DNA of 36,110 bases from a virus. Taxonomy: Duplodnaviria > Caudoviricetes. The stretch is from the IMG/VR virus record IMGVR_UViG_3300037634_003862, positions 1 to 36,110 of that record, one strand, 5' to 3'. The position numbers and the translations under genes were made by a program. The stretch's first letter is position 1. Each line of letters begins with the position of its first letter. Shown here in pieces: positions 1 to 8,379 of this stretch. The notes beneath the pieces were generated by a model, which made no database searches, was not told where the DNA came from, and saw nothing but the letters and a program-made list of their open reading frames with translations.

Positions 1-168
1 AGCCTCTGGGTTTGATTGTATGAAAGATGATTTACCTGTTCCGGGCATACCTACTAGTAGTCCTAGTAATTGTCCGGGTGGATGAACCATCTTCTGTCCT
101 GAAAAACCTAAGCCAGAATACTTCTGTACTCCTGTTTTTCCTACTGCTAAGTCCTGTGTTTGAGTCAT
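1..168 (-). CDS. P-loop ATPase, AAA_24/Sak4-like (N-terminal part; runs off the left edge)
   Basis: Not in the ORF track. Manual translation from ATG 168 (SD AGGAGG upstream): MTQTQDLAVGKTGVQKYSGLGFSGQKMVHPPGQLLGLLVGMPGTGKSSFIQSNPEA, with Walker A GMPGTGKS after a hydrophobic strand. Lies near a PD-(D/E)XK nuclease, as Sak4-type ATPases often do. Confidence 0.7.
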   Translation of the reverse strand, partial: MTQTQDLAVGKTGVQKYSGLGFSGQKMVHPPGQLLGLLVGMPGTGKSSFIQSNPEA

Positions 169-178
169 ATGACCTCCT

Positions 179-514
179 TTATTCGTTGTCAAACAATACT
201 TCGTCTAAGTCTTCGTTTGTTGGTATATACTGATTTAATCCTCCTTGTCCTGTAAGTGAATGTTGTTTAGTTTCAATAGGCTTTCTTTCAGGTAGATTCC
301 ACACCGTTGTTTGTTGTGGTTTCAATTGAAGTTCTTCACACCACTCTTTAAATTCTCTGAAGGATACGGTGCAATCATATTTTTCTCTGAACAATTTCCA
401 GAGTTCATTAATGGATAGATTACCTTTATCTTCATGTAGAAGTCCTTCTAGTTTTGGGAGGACTATTCCTTTTAGGATTTCTTCTTTGAATTTAAGTAGT
501 GGGTTACTTGCCAT
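179..514 (-). CDS. hypothetical protein (possibly DNA-binding)
   Basis: Start moved to ATG 514 (MASNPLLKF), with SD GAAAGGA upstream; fits between neighbouring genes. Confidence 0.65.
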   Translation of the reverse strand: MASNPLLKFKEEILKGIVLPKLEGLLHEDKGNLSINELWKLFREKYDCTVSFREFKEWCEELQLKPQQTTVWNLPERKPIETKQHSLTGQGGLNQYIPTNEDLDEVLFDNE

Positions 515-518
515 TGTT

Positions 519-1838
519 TTATCCTTTCTCCAGCGAATTGGGCTGCCCGTGCGCAAGCACACGGGCGGCACAAGGAGCATCCACTATGAATTCCACATCT
601 TCATCTCTATCTACTTGCATGAATGATTGTGCTTGAATTATATCTGGCCACTCCTTAGGAGGTGTCATATAGAACGGTGTGTAGGGTGACATTCTACCAA
701 ATTGTCTCAAGTGTGAGACAGACCTTGGAAAGTTTTTTGGTATTGCCTTGCATTGAACATATTGTTTGATGAGTGCCACTCTTGAGTAGTACTCATCAAT
801 ATAGTCTTCATCTAATAGAGTGGATCCATAGGTGAGACTATAGTTTATAGGTGGAGAGGAAGCCCACTTCTCAGCGTTATGCTCATATTCTCCTTGTCCT
901 CGATACCAATCGTTACATCTATCTATATAGTTGTCGAAGCGAGGCTCTCCAATGTAGTTTCTACGTATCTCAGTCTGCCCCTTACGAGGTCCTCGTGATA
1001 ATGTGTGTTCTACCTCTTCGTAGTCTCGGTCTTTCATACCGAAGTCTATGGTGGGTTTCTGTACACCTATGTGAATCATTCCCCCCACTCCTACATCTGT
1101 AGGTATGTCAAACATTGGTTGCAGTAGGTTGTTTTCTAGTGCAATTTTTAGGGTCATCATGTAGTGTTGAGTTTGAAACTCGAGGGGACATGTCTGAAGC
1201 CTTTCTTCAGGTGACCCTGCACAAGTCTTTGCGTCTACTATAAAGATAGTATTCTGCGCCTTGTGGTACAGAAGGGTATCGTACATTCCTGTGAGCATCA
1301 CTTTACCAGCCTTAGAAGTATGTGGCATATGTAATCTTACACCTACTTCAGACCCTAGATGCTGGAAGTGATCCTGAGTTAGGAATTTTTGAACGGTGGG
1401 AATCTTCTGGTGTGTATCTAAATTCATGGCAGTTTCATACCAACCTAGAGCACACCAAAAGTCCCTCCGTTCTCTTTCTTTTATATTGTCTTTTGATTCG
1501 CCTTTAATTCCGATTCGATTACAAATTTCTTCGAGTTCATCTATGCGATCATCAAGCATTGCATTCATAATTTCTAGAGCCATAGTAGAGTTATCTCTAT
1601 AAAGCTCTAGTCTCTTGTGAAACCAAGAGCCACGACTTAATGCTTTTGACCAACGAAGGACAGGAACAAGTCCTAACCTTCTGCCAAGATAGTATTGAAA
1701 GGGACAGTGTAAAACCCCTTCATAGTCTGAAGAACGAATGGAAGGAGTCGTATCAACGTAACCGTGATACTCCATCCACCTTTGGGCATCTTGCCCACGT
1801 CCTGTGGGAACAGGTACGTTTTCTATTTCTGGGGGCAT
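519..1838 (-). CDS. PD-(D/E)XK nuclease (PDDEXK_1; Cas4/RecB/AddB-like exonuclease)
   Basis: Motifs HCPFQYYL, RGSWFH, SEV, GMYDTL, IVDAKT and QTQHY; SD AGGAG upstream. Confidence 0.8.
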   Translation of the reverse strand: MPPEIENVPVPTGRGQDAQRWMEYHGYVDTTPSIRSSDYEGVLHCPFQYYLGRRLGLVPVLRWSKALSRGSWFHKRLELYRDNSTMALEIMNAMLDDRIDELEEICNRIGIKGESKDNIKERERRDFWCALGWYETAMNLDTHQKIPTVQKFLTQDHFQHLGSEVGVRLHMPHTSKAGKVMLTGMYDTLLYHKAQNTIFIVDAKTCAGSPEERLQTCPLEFQTQHYMMTLKIALENNLLQPMFDIPTDVGVGGMIHIGVQKPTIDFGMKDRDYEEVEHTLSRGPRKGQTEIRRNYIGEPRFDNYIDRCNDWYRGQGEYEHNAEKWASSPPINYSLTYGSTLLDEDYIDEYYSRVALIKQYVQCKAIPKNFPRSVSHLRQFGRMSPYTPFYMTPPKEWPDIIQAQSFMQVDRDEDVEFIVDAPCAARVLAHGQPNSLEKG

Positions 1839-1861
1839 AACTAATCTCCTGTGTTAATGAA

Positions 1862-1960
1862 TTACCCTCGACTAATCCAAGATAAAATTCTATCTTTGAG
1901 CCACATACCACATATAAATGAGACTATGCATGCGACTGCTGACATCCATAAATTTTCCAT
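1862..1960 (-). CDS. 32-aa membrane peptide
   Basis: Manual translation MENLWMSAVACIVSFICGMWLKDRILSWISRG; SD AAGGA upstream; one hydrophobic segment. Confidence 0.55.
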   Translation of the reverse strand: MENLWMSAVACIVSFICGMWLKDRILSWISRG

Positions 1961-1971
1961 GTGACGATTCC

Positions 1972-2139
1972 TTATACGCTTGCGATAAGATTCCAAAGTT
2001 CACGAACTGCTCCACCTGCCCAGTTAACACCGTCCCATGCGAATGGGAGTAATGCTAAGGTAATAAGTAGACTACGAGTGATACCAACCTTATTTAGGGT
2101 AGTATCAACAATATCACTTGCACAACATTCTTTACTCAT
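1972..2139 (-). CDS. small membrane protein (55 aa)
   Basis: Start at ATG 2139 (MSKECCAS), overlapping the upstream stop; SD AAGGA; hydrophobic stretch SLLITLALLPFAW. Confidence 0.6.
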   Translation of the reverse strand: MSKECCASDIVDTTLNKVGITRSLLITLALLPFAWDGVNWAGGAVRELWNLIASV

Positions 2140-2528
2140 TTGGTTATTTCCTTTTTGAGTTTGACTATACGGGCTTGACCAAGTGCCTTGATCGCCCACA
2201 ACGAAGAGATTACTCCTGATGCTACGATGATCGGGAGTGCTATATAATGAAAGTATTCTTGTAGTAATGTATTTATAAAGATGAGACCTATCCCACCAAG
2301 GATAGGCCACCAACCTTTACGTCCTGCACTAACTACAAGTAATACGATTCCCCCGAGAATTGAAATCCCCCCAATGCCGCTAAGCATTGAGAGGTTATTA
2401 CTTATGGAAGATGCTGCACTAGTAACACTTGACTCGAGGTCATAGGTACTTGGTGAGGTGTGAAAGATAGAGTCTATCGCCCCACATCCTCCAAGAAGAG
2501 AGAAGGTAATTAGTAGTAGTTTTTTCAT
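2136..2528 (-). CDS. lipoprotein-signal membrane protein with ~3 TM segments (lysis-related?)
   Basis: MKKLLLITFSLLGGC resembles a signal peptide plus lipobox; three further hydrophobic segments and a basic C-terminus. Confidence 0.65.
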   Translation of the reverse strand: MKKLLLITFSLLGGCGAIDSIFHTSPSTYDLESSVTSAASSISNNLSMLSGIGGISILGGIVLLVVSAGRKGWWPILGGIGLIFINTLLQEYFHYIALPIIVASGVISSLWAIKALGQARIVKLKKEITK

Positions 2529-2728
2529 ACAAATTTAAGAACGAGAGTAATCATACCTGAGAAAATGATAGCAGAAATGGTTGATGCCATGTACATCTTA
2601 GCTTTCATATCTGTAATATGTCTATCGATAGAGTTCAATCTTCTCTCTACCTTCTCTAGACGATTACCATTCCGCTTTAGTTCAAGGATAACGAGTTTGC
2701 GATACTCATCCCACCCATTTTCTGGCAT
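2525..2728 (-). CDS. coiled-coil protein with C-terminal TM (holin/XhlA-like architecture)
   Basis: Heptad-like LEKVERRLNSIDRHITDMK followed by hydrophobic ISAIIFSGMITLVLKFV. Confidence 0.55.
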   Translation of the reverse strand: MPENGWDEYRKLVILELKRNGNRLEKVERRLNSIDRHITDMKAKMYMASTISAIIFSGMITLVLKFV

Positions 2729-2731
2729 GAT

Positions 2732-2842
2732 TTATTTGCCACCGGCAGCGGATATTCCTTTAGACTTTTTACCTTTGGGTCTCTTTCGTCCCATACCTGC
2801 TGTTTTTTTTGATTTATTTTTCTTTTCAGTTTTCTTTGCCAT
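2732..2842 (-). CDS. 36-aa highly basic peptide
   Basis: Manual translation MAKKTEKKNKSKKTAGMGRKRPKGKKSKGISAAGGK (13 K + 2 R); TAATG coupling to the upstream stop; fills the gap between neighbours. Confidence 0.6.
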   Translation of the reverse strand: MAKKTEKKNKSKKTAGMGRKRPKGKKSKGISAAGGK

Positions 2843-3489
2843 TATCCTACAAACCTTCCGAGGATCATACCGTTTGATACGGAACTACCATCTTTTACTC
2901 CAACGATTACACTTGTACATCCAGCAAGATACACACCTGCTCTTTTACTTAAAAACCAAACACTATCAGTATTTCCTCCTCCATCATCATATTTCAAGGC
3001 AGGTCCAGCTGCATCCATAGCCATAGTTATCCATGCAACTTGATCTGTCAACTGTTGAGAAGCCGAAGGACCAATTCGTGCTGTATCAACTCTATCCATA
3101 TTTTGTAATGGAACCCACATATCATCAGGTTGCGCATAGTTAGTGGAGTCTATATCCCCAGGCCATCTACGGGCTAAACCGGTGGTTTTTGATTGTACAG
3201 GTGTCTTACCAAATACTCCAAGTTCTATAAGTTCATCTGCTGCTGTATCAGTAGCAATATAAAGTTCTAGGTTCAATCCTGCAGAAGGAACGATAACCTC
3301 TATTGAGTTTGTATTTGTAAGGACACCTGCTTGGTCATTGTAACTTGAGGCTAATAGATGAGGTTCGTTCCATTTAGTGTCATCTGTTTCTGTGGTTTCG
3401 TGCATTACGAAGATGTTCGAACCCCATGAAGATGCTGATGATCCTATAGCAGGTTCATCAAATATGAATGCGTTGTTAAATTTTGCCAT
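2842..3489 (-). CDS. hypothetical acidic, beta-rich protein (possibly virion-associated)
   Basis: Likely start ATG 3489 (MAKFNNAF); composition rich in D/T/S/G/A. Confidence 0.6.
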   Translation of the reverse strand: MAKFNNAFIFDEPAIGSSASSWGSNIFVMHETTETDDTKWNEPHLLASSYNDQAGVLTNTNSIEVIVPSAGLNLELYIATDTAADELIELGVFGKTPVQSKTTGLARRWPGDIDSTNYAQPDDMWVPLQNMDRVDTARIGPSASQQLTDQVAWITMAMDAAGPALKYDDGGGNTDSVWFLSKRAGVYLAGCTSVIVGVKDGSSVSNGMILGRFVG

Positions 3490-3994
3490 TTGTAACTGCT
3501 CCAGCAATTAGAAGCCGTGCTACCCAGATGGCACAGGCTCTTCGGTGTGAGTAAGTTGTTCCGGGTAATAACATCAGTTCTACATTATACTCTCTTATCA
3601 GTCTCATGAGGGCATCTATTGCCACTCCAGGATTAGGTACATGTTTTGATGGTCTCTCCATTTGGAGGGGTGTACCTTCTAACATTAAAATGGGGTGTTC
3701 ACACGCCTCACTCAACTTTTTCAATGCCTTTACGAATCGAGTTCTATCTTTCTCGTTTAGGCAATTTTTAGCAATCTCACGAAGACTACCTTTGCGTTCA
3801 ATTATAGTGTTACCCTCATATCCTTGCAACAGATAGTCACCAGCTTCTAACTTTTCCTGTAAAGTGTGAAGTCTTACAGTGACCATCCGTTGCTTGGGAG
3901 GAGGGAAATTATCATTCAAAACCTTTAAGTTCGCAGGGAACTTTAGGGGCTTTTTCTCCCGTGTGTCTTGAATGATAGTCCACTCCATCTTCAT
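3476..3994 (-). CDS. ERCC4-domain (XPF/Mus81-like) structure-specific nuclease
   Basis: Motifs IIQDTREK, LEAGDYLL and IIERKGS match the D-x-RE / GDY / ERK signature. Confidence 0.85.
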   Translation of the reverse strand: MKMEWTIIQDTREKKPLKFPANLKVLNDNFPPPKQRMVTVRLHTLQEKLEAGDYLLQGYEGNTIIERKGSLREIAKNCLNEKDRTRFVKALKKLSEACEHPILMLEGTPLQMERPSKHVPNPGVAIDALMRLIREYNVELMLLPGTTYSHRRACAIWVARLLIAGAVTNGKI

Positions 3995-4260
3995 TATTTA
4001 GAATGTTTCTCTATAATTTTTCTAACGATTTTAGGTGAAATTTTAAATATTCTTCCTATATCTGCATCTGAAAAACCAGAATTGGATAGTCGATAGATTC
4101 TCTTCTCTTTCGGACCACCATCTTTAATAGGTGCGTTATAGGGTAAATTATACTTTTTAGCTATGTGGTATAAACTTTTAGAATCAACATTTAATTCATT
4201 TGCTACTTCTTTTATGCTATATCCTTCATTTAATAATAATTTTATTCTTTCTTTATTCAT
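3994..4260 (-). CDS. tandem helix-turn-helix DNA-binding protein
   Basis: Two HTH-like units, GYSIKEVANELNV and GFSDADIGRIFKIS; ATGA overlap with the polymerase stop. Confidence 0.7.
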   Translation of the reverse strand: MNKERIKLLLNEGYSIKEVANELNVDSKSLYHIAKKYNLPYNAPIKDGGPKEKRIYRLSNSGFSDADIGRIFKISPKIVRKIIEKHSK

Positions 4261-6338
4261 GACCAATCATACTCCAAGGGTATTTCATTACCGTAATGTT
4301 CGGAAATCATACCCCAATACCCTTCATTCTGTACATATTCTACTGCTTTTTCCACTAAATATTTTATATTATCTTCTGATTCTTTGTTTCTTACATCAAA
4401 ATAGATGGCATCGTAAACATTTAAGAACATAAGTATATCGGGGTTCTTAGCGTTCATACTAGCCATACCTTTGTGTATATATGATTGAATACTTAAAAGT
4501 GTGTTACTTGCTGTTGTTTGAATTGGAAAATTTACTATTTCATTTACTTCATACTTTTCACCTCCCATAAAATATCTAGATTGACCTGTAAACGGTAATG
4601 ATACTCTTCCGGAGGCGTTCGCTTCCATTATCAATTCATTTTGAAACGCCCACAGTTGAGGTCTATGTTGTCTACGTGTTCCTACAATCTTTTGAAGAAA
4701 GACGAGTTTGAATTCCATTCCTGTCATTGCAAGTAACTGCTTCTGCATGGTTGTTGCTCCTGCACGGAATAGATCTGCGAAGTTAATCATCTTTGCTGCT
4801 TGTCTACGAGCATGAAAGTTTTCATCTACATCATTAAAACATTGTCTTGCTCGTTGTTCGTGTAGGTCTTCACCGTTTTGGTAAGCATTAATGAATGCTT
4901 TGTCTCCAGATAGTAGTCCTGCTACACGCAACTCTATCTGTGACAAGTCCATTGATATCACTTTACCTTCTTTGAATCTACTAGTTATACACTTTTTGAT
5001 TTGAGGTGGAAAGGTCTGTGCAGATGGCTTCTTACAGGTGATACGCCCTTGCAGGGTACCACCCTCACCACCTGCATTATTCTTTGCAGTTGTGGGTATA
5101 GCATACCATGTGGGGTACGCTATATGATGACCATTGATAGGTACTATACAAGATGAGCAGTCTATAGGCTTATTTCTTCTATGTCTTAGTAAGGGGTATG
5201 TATAACTGCTTATTATCTTTTGAGCACCTGCATGTATCTTTGCTGCATCGAATACTTTTGTTAGTTCCCATCTTTTTCCTTCTATATCCCCCCTTAATGC
5301 ATTTTGTAGTTTATTTCTATTACCCTCCGTGAAACTTACAAGTCCTTTAGCTGGTGTGAGTTCCATCTCATTTCTTATCCGATCTCCTATCAAGTTGATT
5401 GCATCGTCCATGAGTTGTTGCTTTGCCACCCCACTCCCTTCGCCCTCGAGCGGGTATCCCGTCTCGGTTGCTCGGTCGTTCGCTTCTTTGCACATAACTG
5501 TTAGTGTGTCTTCTAATTTTTCTAATTCTTTTTTATTCATACAGATTCCTGCCTCAGACATTCGAATGATTGTCCAAAGCAGGTCACTGTAGAATTCAAT
5601 ACAGAATACAGATAGTTTATCGCTGTTGGGAAAATCGTTTTCGATTCTCCGGGCGAGTTCTCTAACTGCTAGTATTGTATTGTGTGTGTCTTGTGCATTA
5701 TAGTTGTAGAGTTCTTTGTCTCTTGCTGTTTTGAATCGTTCTTCTTTTAATGTGCTAGTATATGCATGTGTCCGAAGTATTGGACCTAGGTTCTTTAAGC
5801 TCTTTTCTGGTCTTGTTTCATCATGGAGGTAGTTTACGATTGAGAGGTCTATTAATAACTGGTTTTCTAGTTCGAATTTAAAGTATGGATCTTTTCTTAA
5901 GTATTGGATATCGAATGGTAGGTTCATTCCTACTATTGTGGTTGAATATCTCAACCATTTTCTTAATCTCTCTCTATCCAGTGTATCCGCTAGATCGAAT
6001 ACCATTGATTGCTGTGGTTTCAAGTTCTTCAAGTTTGGAAGTAATCGCTCCTCCAATTGACACGATTGTGATTGCAAGGTGTCGGAGGTCTTTGTCTGTG
6101 ATTTTGTGAGCTTCTTGTCCTGCTCGATCCAAAGCTCTGTCTGAGTCGCTGTACAACATTGGTCTTCCTTAACTAATGTAATTGAGGCTGTAATGATTAA
6201 GTCGCTCAAGTCTACGCCATCTGTATGCATAGACTTAGCAGGGTGAAATACGGTTTGTTTTGGTAAGAGATTACCTCTTATCCCTTCCTCGACTGCACCG
6301 TAAGTTTCAATATCGAGGCTAATGATTTGTGTGTCCAT
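4257..6338 (-). CDS. polA: DNA polymerase family A with 3'-5' exonuclease domain
   Basis: ExoI LDIET, ExoII NLPFD, ExoIII YNAQD; QGRIT..P..Q, motif A DLSQIELR, motif B RQAAKMINF, NFPIQ, motif C VYDA. Confidence 0.92.
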   Translation of the reverse strand: MDTQIISLDIETYGAVEEGIRGNLLPKQTVFHPAKSMHTDGVDLSDLIITASITLVKEDQCCTATQTELWIEQDKKLTKSQTKTSDTLQSQSCQLEERLLPNLKNLKPQQSMVFDLADTLDRERLRKWLRYSTTIVGMNLPFDIQYLRKDPYFKFELENQLLIDLSIVNYLHDETRPEKSLKNLGPILRTHAYTSTLKEERFKTARDKELYNYNAQDTHNTILAVRELARRIENDFPNSDKLSVFCIEFYSDLLWTIIRMSEAGICMNKKELEKLEDTLTVMCKEANDRATETGYPLEGEGSGVAKQQLMDDAINLIGDRIRNEMELTPAKGLVSFTEGNRNKLQNALRGDIEGKRWELTKVFDAAKIHAGAQKIISSYTYPLLRHRRNKPIDCSSCIVPINGHHIAYPTWYAIPTTAKNNAGGEGGTLQGRITCKKPSAQTFPPQIKKCITSRFKEGKVISMDLSQIELRVAGLLSGDKAFINAYQNGEDLHEQRARQCFNDVDENFHARRQAAKMINFADLFRAGATTMQKQLLAMTGMEFKLVFLQKIVGTRRQHRPQLWAFQNELIMEANASGRVSLPFTGQSRYFMGGEKYEVNEIVNFPIQTTASNTLLSIQSYIHKGMASMNAKNPDILMFLNVYDAIYFDVRNKESEDNIKYLVEKAVEYVQNEGYWGMISEHYGNEIPLEYDWS
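5974..6159 (-). CDS. nested out-of-frame ORF (61 aa) inside the polymerase exonuclease domain
   Basis: ATG 6159 preceded by AAGGAAG; protein-like helical sequence; coincides with an atypical Q/T/S-rich insert in the polymerase frame. Confidence 0.45.
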   Translation of the reverse strand: MLYSDSDRALDRAGQEAHKITDKDLRHLAITIVSIGGAITSKLEELETTAINGIRSSGYTG

Positions 6339-6346
6339 TGTGTTTC

Positions 6347-6625
6347 CTATTCAATTTTCTCTAGGTCGTCTTCATATTCCATGAAGGCTTCAATTGAGGC
6401 AACTGTGTCCGCAATATCCTCTATTCTTAGAGTGGGGGGTTTTACTATAACCGGAGGGTCTTTGAAATGAGATATATATTTAGACATTCGATTATAATCT
6501 AGTTTCATTCTAATTATTTGATCTGTTACTGTTTCTATAAGTTCAAGCATTTCTTCTTTTTGAAGTAATAAACTGTCAATTTCTGATAATAGTATTTGTA
6601 CTTCGGGATGGTCTCTAAGATTCAT
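6347..6625 (-). CDS. hypothetical coiled-coil protein
   Basis: 92-aa ORF packed between UDG and polymerase; L/E-rich helical pattern. Confidence 0.65.
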   Translation of the reverse strand: MNLRDHPEVQILLSEIDSLLLQKEEMLELIETVTDQIIRMKLDYNRMSKYISHFKDPPVIVKPPTLRIEDIADTVASIEAFMEYEDDLEKIE

Positions 6626-7373
6626 TTGGACTTCTTGTGGGTATTATCTCTGGTGTTGATGGTGATGCCATTGTGCCGTCTATACAGTCGCTTATTAGTT
6701 GCATGTGAGAGTGTACACTATTTATTAGATTTCCGTTTCTCATTACTGCAGCTGGGTGATATGTACTAAACATATTAAATTGAAAATCATATCCAAGTCT
6801 GTGATCATCGGGAGTATACAGGTTTCCGTTCATTGTGAATGACTTCTTTAATGATATTTTTGTGATTCCAAGTATGTTTTTATAAAATGATGTTGTTGCT
6901 GGTGCTCCAAGTGTTAATACTAAATCTGGTATAAGTATCTTCAAGTCTTCGATTAGGTGTTGATTACATTCTCTATAGTGTTTTGGTTTTGGTACTTGAT
7001 TATTTGTTGTGTGGCATCGTACCCCATTACTGAGCCATAAGTTTGCTCTTTTAGATAATTGTATGCCTTCTAGATATGATTTCTTAAGGACATCACCGCT
7101 TCGACCTACGAAAGGTTTACCAGCTTTGTCCTCATGCCACCCAGGATTCTGTCCAATTATAAGTATTGTTGGAAGATTTCTATCTGCTCTAGTTTCCAGG
7201 GTTCCCCACATACCTGCAAACCATTCCGTTGCTATTCCTACATGATGTGCTTGTTCATGTAGTTCGCAGCGGTCACAAAATGATTTAGCCTCTGGGAATC
7301 GGGGGATAGAAATCGTCCCATAGTTTTTGATAATCTTGTTGTTCTTCCAAAGTTCCGTCTGTTGGGGGTTCAT
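6615..7373 (-). CDS. uracil-DNA glycosylase, family 4-like (Fe-S)
   Basis: CDRCEL, IGQNPG..ED..GKPFVGRSG, NGVRC, REC and TYHPAA motifs; start uncertain (7373 or 7397). Confidence 0.88.
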   Translation of the reverse strand: MNPQQTELWKNNKIIKNYGTISIPRFPEAKSFCDRCELHEQAHHVGIATEWFAGMWGTLETRADRNLPTILIIGQNPGWHEDKAGKPFVGRSGDVLKKSYLEGIQLSKRANLWLSNGVRCHTTNNQVPKPKHYRECNQHLIEDLKILIPDLVLTLGAPATTSFYKNILGITKISLKKSFTMNGNLYTPDDHRLGYDFQFNMFSTYHPAAVMRNGNLINSVHSHMQLISDCIDGTMASPSTPEIIPTRSPNES

Positions 7374-7638
7374 GATTACAATGATTCCTCGCTGCATCTA
7401 CTAGAGATTCTCCTAGTATATCTTCTAACTCTGTTAGTACTTCGCTGTTTCCAGTGTGTTGTACTGCTGATTGAAAACATAGGGAATCTCCATTGTGTTC
7501 TAAGAATATCTCGAATCCTACTACATCTGTAGGTTCTCCAGTTCTGTGGTTCCATATTACATCAAGAGAGCCCGTTATGTTGGGCTCTCCTTCAGCTGGT
7601 TTTCCGTAATCAACTTTGCATGTTATTGGTGTTCCCAT
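7285..7638 (-). CDS. hypothetical acidic protein
   Basis: ATG 7638 (MGTPITCK) follows the previous stop closely. Confidence 0.6.
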   Translation of the reverse strand: MGTPITCKVDYGKPAEGEPNITGSLDVIWNHRTGEPTDVVGFEIFLEHNGDSLCFQSAVQHTGNSEVLTELEDILGESLVDAARNHCNHEPPTDGTLEEQQDYQKLWDDFYPPIPRG

Positions 7639-7642
7639 TATT

Positions 7643-8014
7643 CTACCACCAAGAGTCATAAATGACTTTGTTTCCTTCTTTTAACTCTTTAAGAGCCCAT
7701 TTACAAAATTCTAGGTCTTGATCTTTGTACTCTTTATCAGAGTTTTCTCCAAAGAAGAAACCTGAAGTTTTAGGTAAATCTTGTGATTCGATGTCCATTC
7801 TTAGACATGTAATATCTTCTTCTGAAAGTTCTACAGGATTACAGTTGAATTCATTCCAGTCACCTGTTGTACTTAATCCTTTTGATTTCCATAGTGCCTC
7901 CATCCATCCTTGTAGGTTTGGATGTTTTCTCCATGTAAATTCTGCATTCCATTCTAATTCTTGATTTATAATTGCACCCTCTGGTGCTGATCCTGCAAAT
8001 TGGTCAAGTCCCAT
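7643..8014 (-). CDS. conserved phage hypothetical protein
   Basis: MGLDQF...WRKHPNLQGWM...FNC...GFFFG...YDSWW, a pattern I recognise from phage early proteins; SD AAAGGA before ATG 8014. Confidence 0.75.
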   Translation of the reverse strand: MGLDQFAGSAPEGAIINQELEWNAEFTWRKHPNLQGWMEALWKSKGLSTTGDWNEFNCNPVELSEEDITCLRMDIESQDLPKTSGFFFGENSDKEYKDQDLEFCKWALKELKEGNKVIYDSWW

Positions 8015-8192
8015 CGTTATCGTCCTTTCTATCGTTGTAATTGTTGTCAATTGTGTTCTGAATTTTGCTAGATAGCAAATTTACTTTGTGTTTTAGATCC
8101 CCAACTTCATCTCGTTCTGCTATGAAGCCTGCCGCTGCTAAACAGAAGTTTAATAATATTAGTTCTCTATGTGATAGTTCAATCGTTGCCAT
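8004..8192 (-). CDS. hypothetical protein
   Basis: 62-aa ORF with SD GAGGA, in operon context. Confidence 0.55.
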   Translation of the reverse strand: MATIELSHRELILLNFCLAAAGFIAERDEVGDLKHKVNLLSSKIQNTIDNNYNDRKDDNDGT

Positions 8193-8379
8193 TTTGTCTT
8201 TCCTCGAATGTTGCCATCCAATAGGATGTTATCTCTCGAGCTTCTTTCTTTGTTACACCAAAATCATCTTCTATATATGCTGGTGCTCCAAACATGTTTG
8301 TCTCCCCACTCTCTCGTAGGTCATCAAGATATTCAAGGTGTTCTTCTGTTACTATTTCGGGTTTAACTTTAGTTGTCAT
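8179..8379 (-). CDS. conserved small phage protein (DUF5049-like motif)
   Basis: YLDDLRESGETNMFGA...WM..F pattern. Confidence 0.7.
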   Translation of the reverse strand: MTTKVKPEIVTEEHLEYLDDLRESGETNMFGAPAYIEDDFGVTKKEAREITSYWMATFEERQNGND

